A DNA stretch of 64,000 nucleotides from an uncultured Chthonomonadaceae bacterium (lineage in GTDB: Bacteria > Armatimonadota > Chthonomonadetes > Chthonomonadales > Chthonomonadaceae): contig CAWFQB010000005.1 of assembly GCA_963817895.1 (NCBI GenBank), positions 320,001-384,000 of the forward strand. Direction: 5' to 3'. Below the pieces are notes generated by a model, which did not search any database, had not been told where the DNA came from, and worked only from the letters and a program-made list of their open reading frames with translations. This document shows, piece by piece, positions 61,363 through 64,000 of this stretch. How positions within the stretch are numbered: the stretch's first letter is position 1; each line of letters starts with the position of its first letter. A program made the translations under genes and the position numbers.

Positions 61363-64000
61363 TTAGCGCGGGCGAGTTCCAGTTGCTTGCGCTTTTCTCG
61401 GCGCGGTTCCTGCGGGACGCGGCGAAGCACCGTTGCCGTTGCTGCCATTGCCATTGCTGCCGTTACTTGCTTTGGGCTTTTTGCCGTGTTCGAGGGCTTT
61501 TTCCAGCACGACAAGCATCTCCTCTACCTGCGGCATCACTTTGGGGCCGTTCAGCGGAACGACCACGCCATCGGGGGTGAAGCGGTAGTTGCGGAACGCG
61601 GCGGTGAGCAGTTTTACGGCGTCGGGCGTCAGGCGGATGTTGGACGCGAAGCGGATTTGCACATCGGTTTGCTCGGTCTTGATGCTCGTGATGCCCATGT
61701 TTTTACATCGTAACCGGAGGCGCAGAACCGCCAGCGCGTCCCACACGGGGCGGGGCGGATCGCCGAAACGGTCTTCCAGTTCCGCCTGCAAGTTCTCAAT
61801 GTCCGCAACTGAACGGACGCCGCTCATGCGCTTGTAAAAGTAGATGCGCTCGGCCTCGCCCGGAATGTAATCGCCGGGAATGTGGGCGGTCACGGGCAGG
61901 TCTACCGAGGGCAGAATGTCTTCCGTCACCTCCTCGCCCTTCAACTCCTGCACGGCCTGCGACAGCAGTTGCGTGTACAGATCGAAACCCACGCTCATCA
62001 TCGCGCCCGACTGCTGCGCCCCCAGCAGATTGCCCGCGCCCCGAATTTCCAGATCGCGCATCGCCACCTTGTAGCCGCTGCCCAACGCGGAAAACTCTTT
62101 AATCGCCGCCAATCGCCGTTCGCTGACTTCCGAAAGTTGCTTGTTGCGGCGGTACAGGAAATACGAGTATGCCTGCCGGCTGCTCCGCCCCACGCGCCCG
62201 CGCAACTGATACAATTGCGACAATCCCATGTGGTCGGCGTTGTCAATGATAATCGTGTTCGCGTTGGATACGTCCAGCCCGTTTTCGATGATCGTGGTAC
62301 ACAGCAGCACGTCCGCCTCGTGGTGGTAAAAGTCGTACATCACCCGTTCCAGCTCGTCCTCCGACATTTGCCCATGTCCGATTTGTATGCGCAGTTCGGG
62401 AATGAGTTTCTTGAGATGTTCGGCGACATGCGTGATGCTTTCGATCTTGTTGTGAACGAAAATAGATTTGCCCGTCGCGTTCCAACTCGCGCAGAATGGC
62501 GTCGCGTATCATGTCGTCGTCGTATTCGCGCACATACGTTAAAACCGGAATACGGCCTTCGGGCGGGTCTTCGATCACGCTCATGTCGCGCAAACCGGAC
62601 AGCGCCATGCTCATCGTGCGCGGGTATGGGCGTGGCGGAAAGGGTGAGAACATCTACCTGCGTCCGCATCTGTTTCAGGCGTTCTTTATGCCCTACGCCG
62701 AACCGCTGCTCCTCGTCCACGATAATCATGCCGAGATTCTTGAAACACAATATCCTTGCTCAACAGCCGGTGTGTGCCGATAACAATGTCAACGGTTCCG
62801 TCCTTCAAGCCCTGCAAGGTTTTTTGTTGCTCCTGCCGCGACCGGAACCGACTGAGCAAATCCACTTTAATCGGGTATGCGGCCAATCGCTCGGTAAACG
62901 TCTGATGGTGCTGCGCGGCCAGAACCGTTGTCGGGCATAAGACGGCGACCTGCTTGCCCGCCGTAATTACTTTGAACGCGCCCCGGAGGGCCACTTCCGT
63001 TTTGCCAAAGCCCACGTCGCCGCAAATCAGTCGATCCATGGGTTTGTCTTCTTCCAGATCGCGCTTCATGTCGTTGATGGCGCGGAGTTGGTCGGGCGTC
63101 TCGTTGTAGGGGAACGCCTCCTCCATCTCTACCTGCCAACTGGCGTCCGGGCCGAAGGATGGGCGCTGCGCGGCGGAACGGGCGGCATATAACTGTATCA
63201 GTTCGCCCGCCATTTCCCGCGCCTGATCTCGTACCCGTTTGGTCGCGCGCTGCCATTCCGTTCCGCCGAGTTTGTTTATTTGCGGCGGCGCGTTTTCCGC
63301 GCCCACATACCGCTGCAATCGGTCAATCTGGTCAGCGGGAACAAACAGGCGGTCACTTCCCTGATACTCGACAATCAGGTAGTCGCGCTCCCCACCGCCC
63401 TCCACTTTGCGCTTGACAAGCCCGCGATACACGCCGATGCCGTGATGGATATGGACAACGTGATCCAGTACGCGCAAATCCAGCACGGACGAGATCGCCA
63501 CGCCGCCCGCAACCCGCCGCCGCGTGACAACGGGACGGGCGGCTCCGAACAGTTCCGCGTCCGTCAGCACGTACAGTCGTATATCCGCGATTTTGAAGCC
63601 CGCCCGAAGCCGTCCGTCCATGACAAACAGCCCCGCGCCCGCCCCGATTTTCTGCTCTTTCGGGCGAACGGGCAGGTCCATTTCGGCGCAGATTTCCCTT
63701 ACGCGCTGCGGCTGATCCGTAACCAGCAGAACGCGGCAGTCGTTGGCGAGCCATGTGCCGACCTCATCGGCAAGGGTGGGGAAGCGGCCCCGGTACGAGT
63801 CAATGGGCGCGCTATTAACGGACACGCGCTGCCCGATTTTCACGCCCTCGATATTGCGCCCAAGCAGGGATAAAATTAGCGTGGGATGGCGTGTCAAATG
63901 CGCGAACGTGCCTTCATACGGACACGAATTCAGTTCCACATCCAGCGCCTCGCCCCGCTCCCAACGCCGTTCGCGGCTCAGGGCAATGTCGCCGCTCAAC
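61363..64000 (-). CDS. mfd: Transcription-repair coupling factor; 5' end outside the window; frameshifts near 62460, 62620 and 62750
   Basis: [68 protein letters not shown]. Confidence 0.96.

Noticed and set aside
5783..62940. Long antisense or alternative-frame ORFs (e.g. 5810-7327, 10193-11476, 47549-48955, 61882-62940)
   Set aside because: Shadows of well-supported genes in GC-rich DNA; no recognisable motifs.
1..64000. tRNA, rRNA, CRISPR array, prophage, integron, reverse transcriptase
   Set aside because: None was recognisable by eye; a covariance-model or profile search would be needed to exclude small RNAs.

Overview
A 64-kb bacterial chromosomal window, GC-rich and gene-dense. It is most likely from an Armatimonadota-like organism; this is an inference from the PEP-CTERM protein, the flagellin type and an 'LLRA' C-terminal motif. 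Housekeeping and accessory content: aspS, mfd (partial), aat, galT, a cysM-mec-moaD/moeB sulfur-carrier operon, fliC-fliD-fliS, a MacAB-type ABC exporter plus an MFS transporter, a GH78 rhamnosidase, a glycan-modification cluster with four GT-C-like membrane proteins, two type II toxin-antitoxin pairs, one intact IS (17-bp TIRs, 8-bp target duplication), a TIR-TIR-FGE protein, and a double histidine kinase with an ethylene-receptor-like sensor. About 16 single-base frameshifts fall in ordinary genes and are probably consensus errors. The most striking signal is not a gene. About 19 dispersed elements are built from short tandem arrays of 7-10-nt units, with many unrelated unit sequences but a shared layout: purine-rich arm, unique spacer, pyrimidine-rich arm. 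Several are perfect 34-37-bp palindromes in which variant units are mirrored. They overlap the stop codons of about 12 genes, and four are translated in frame inside proteins. No mobilising enzyme is identifiable in the window.
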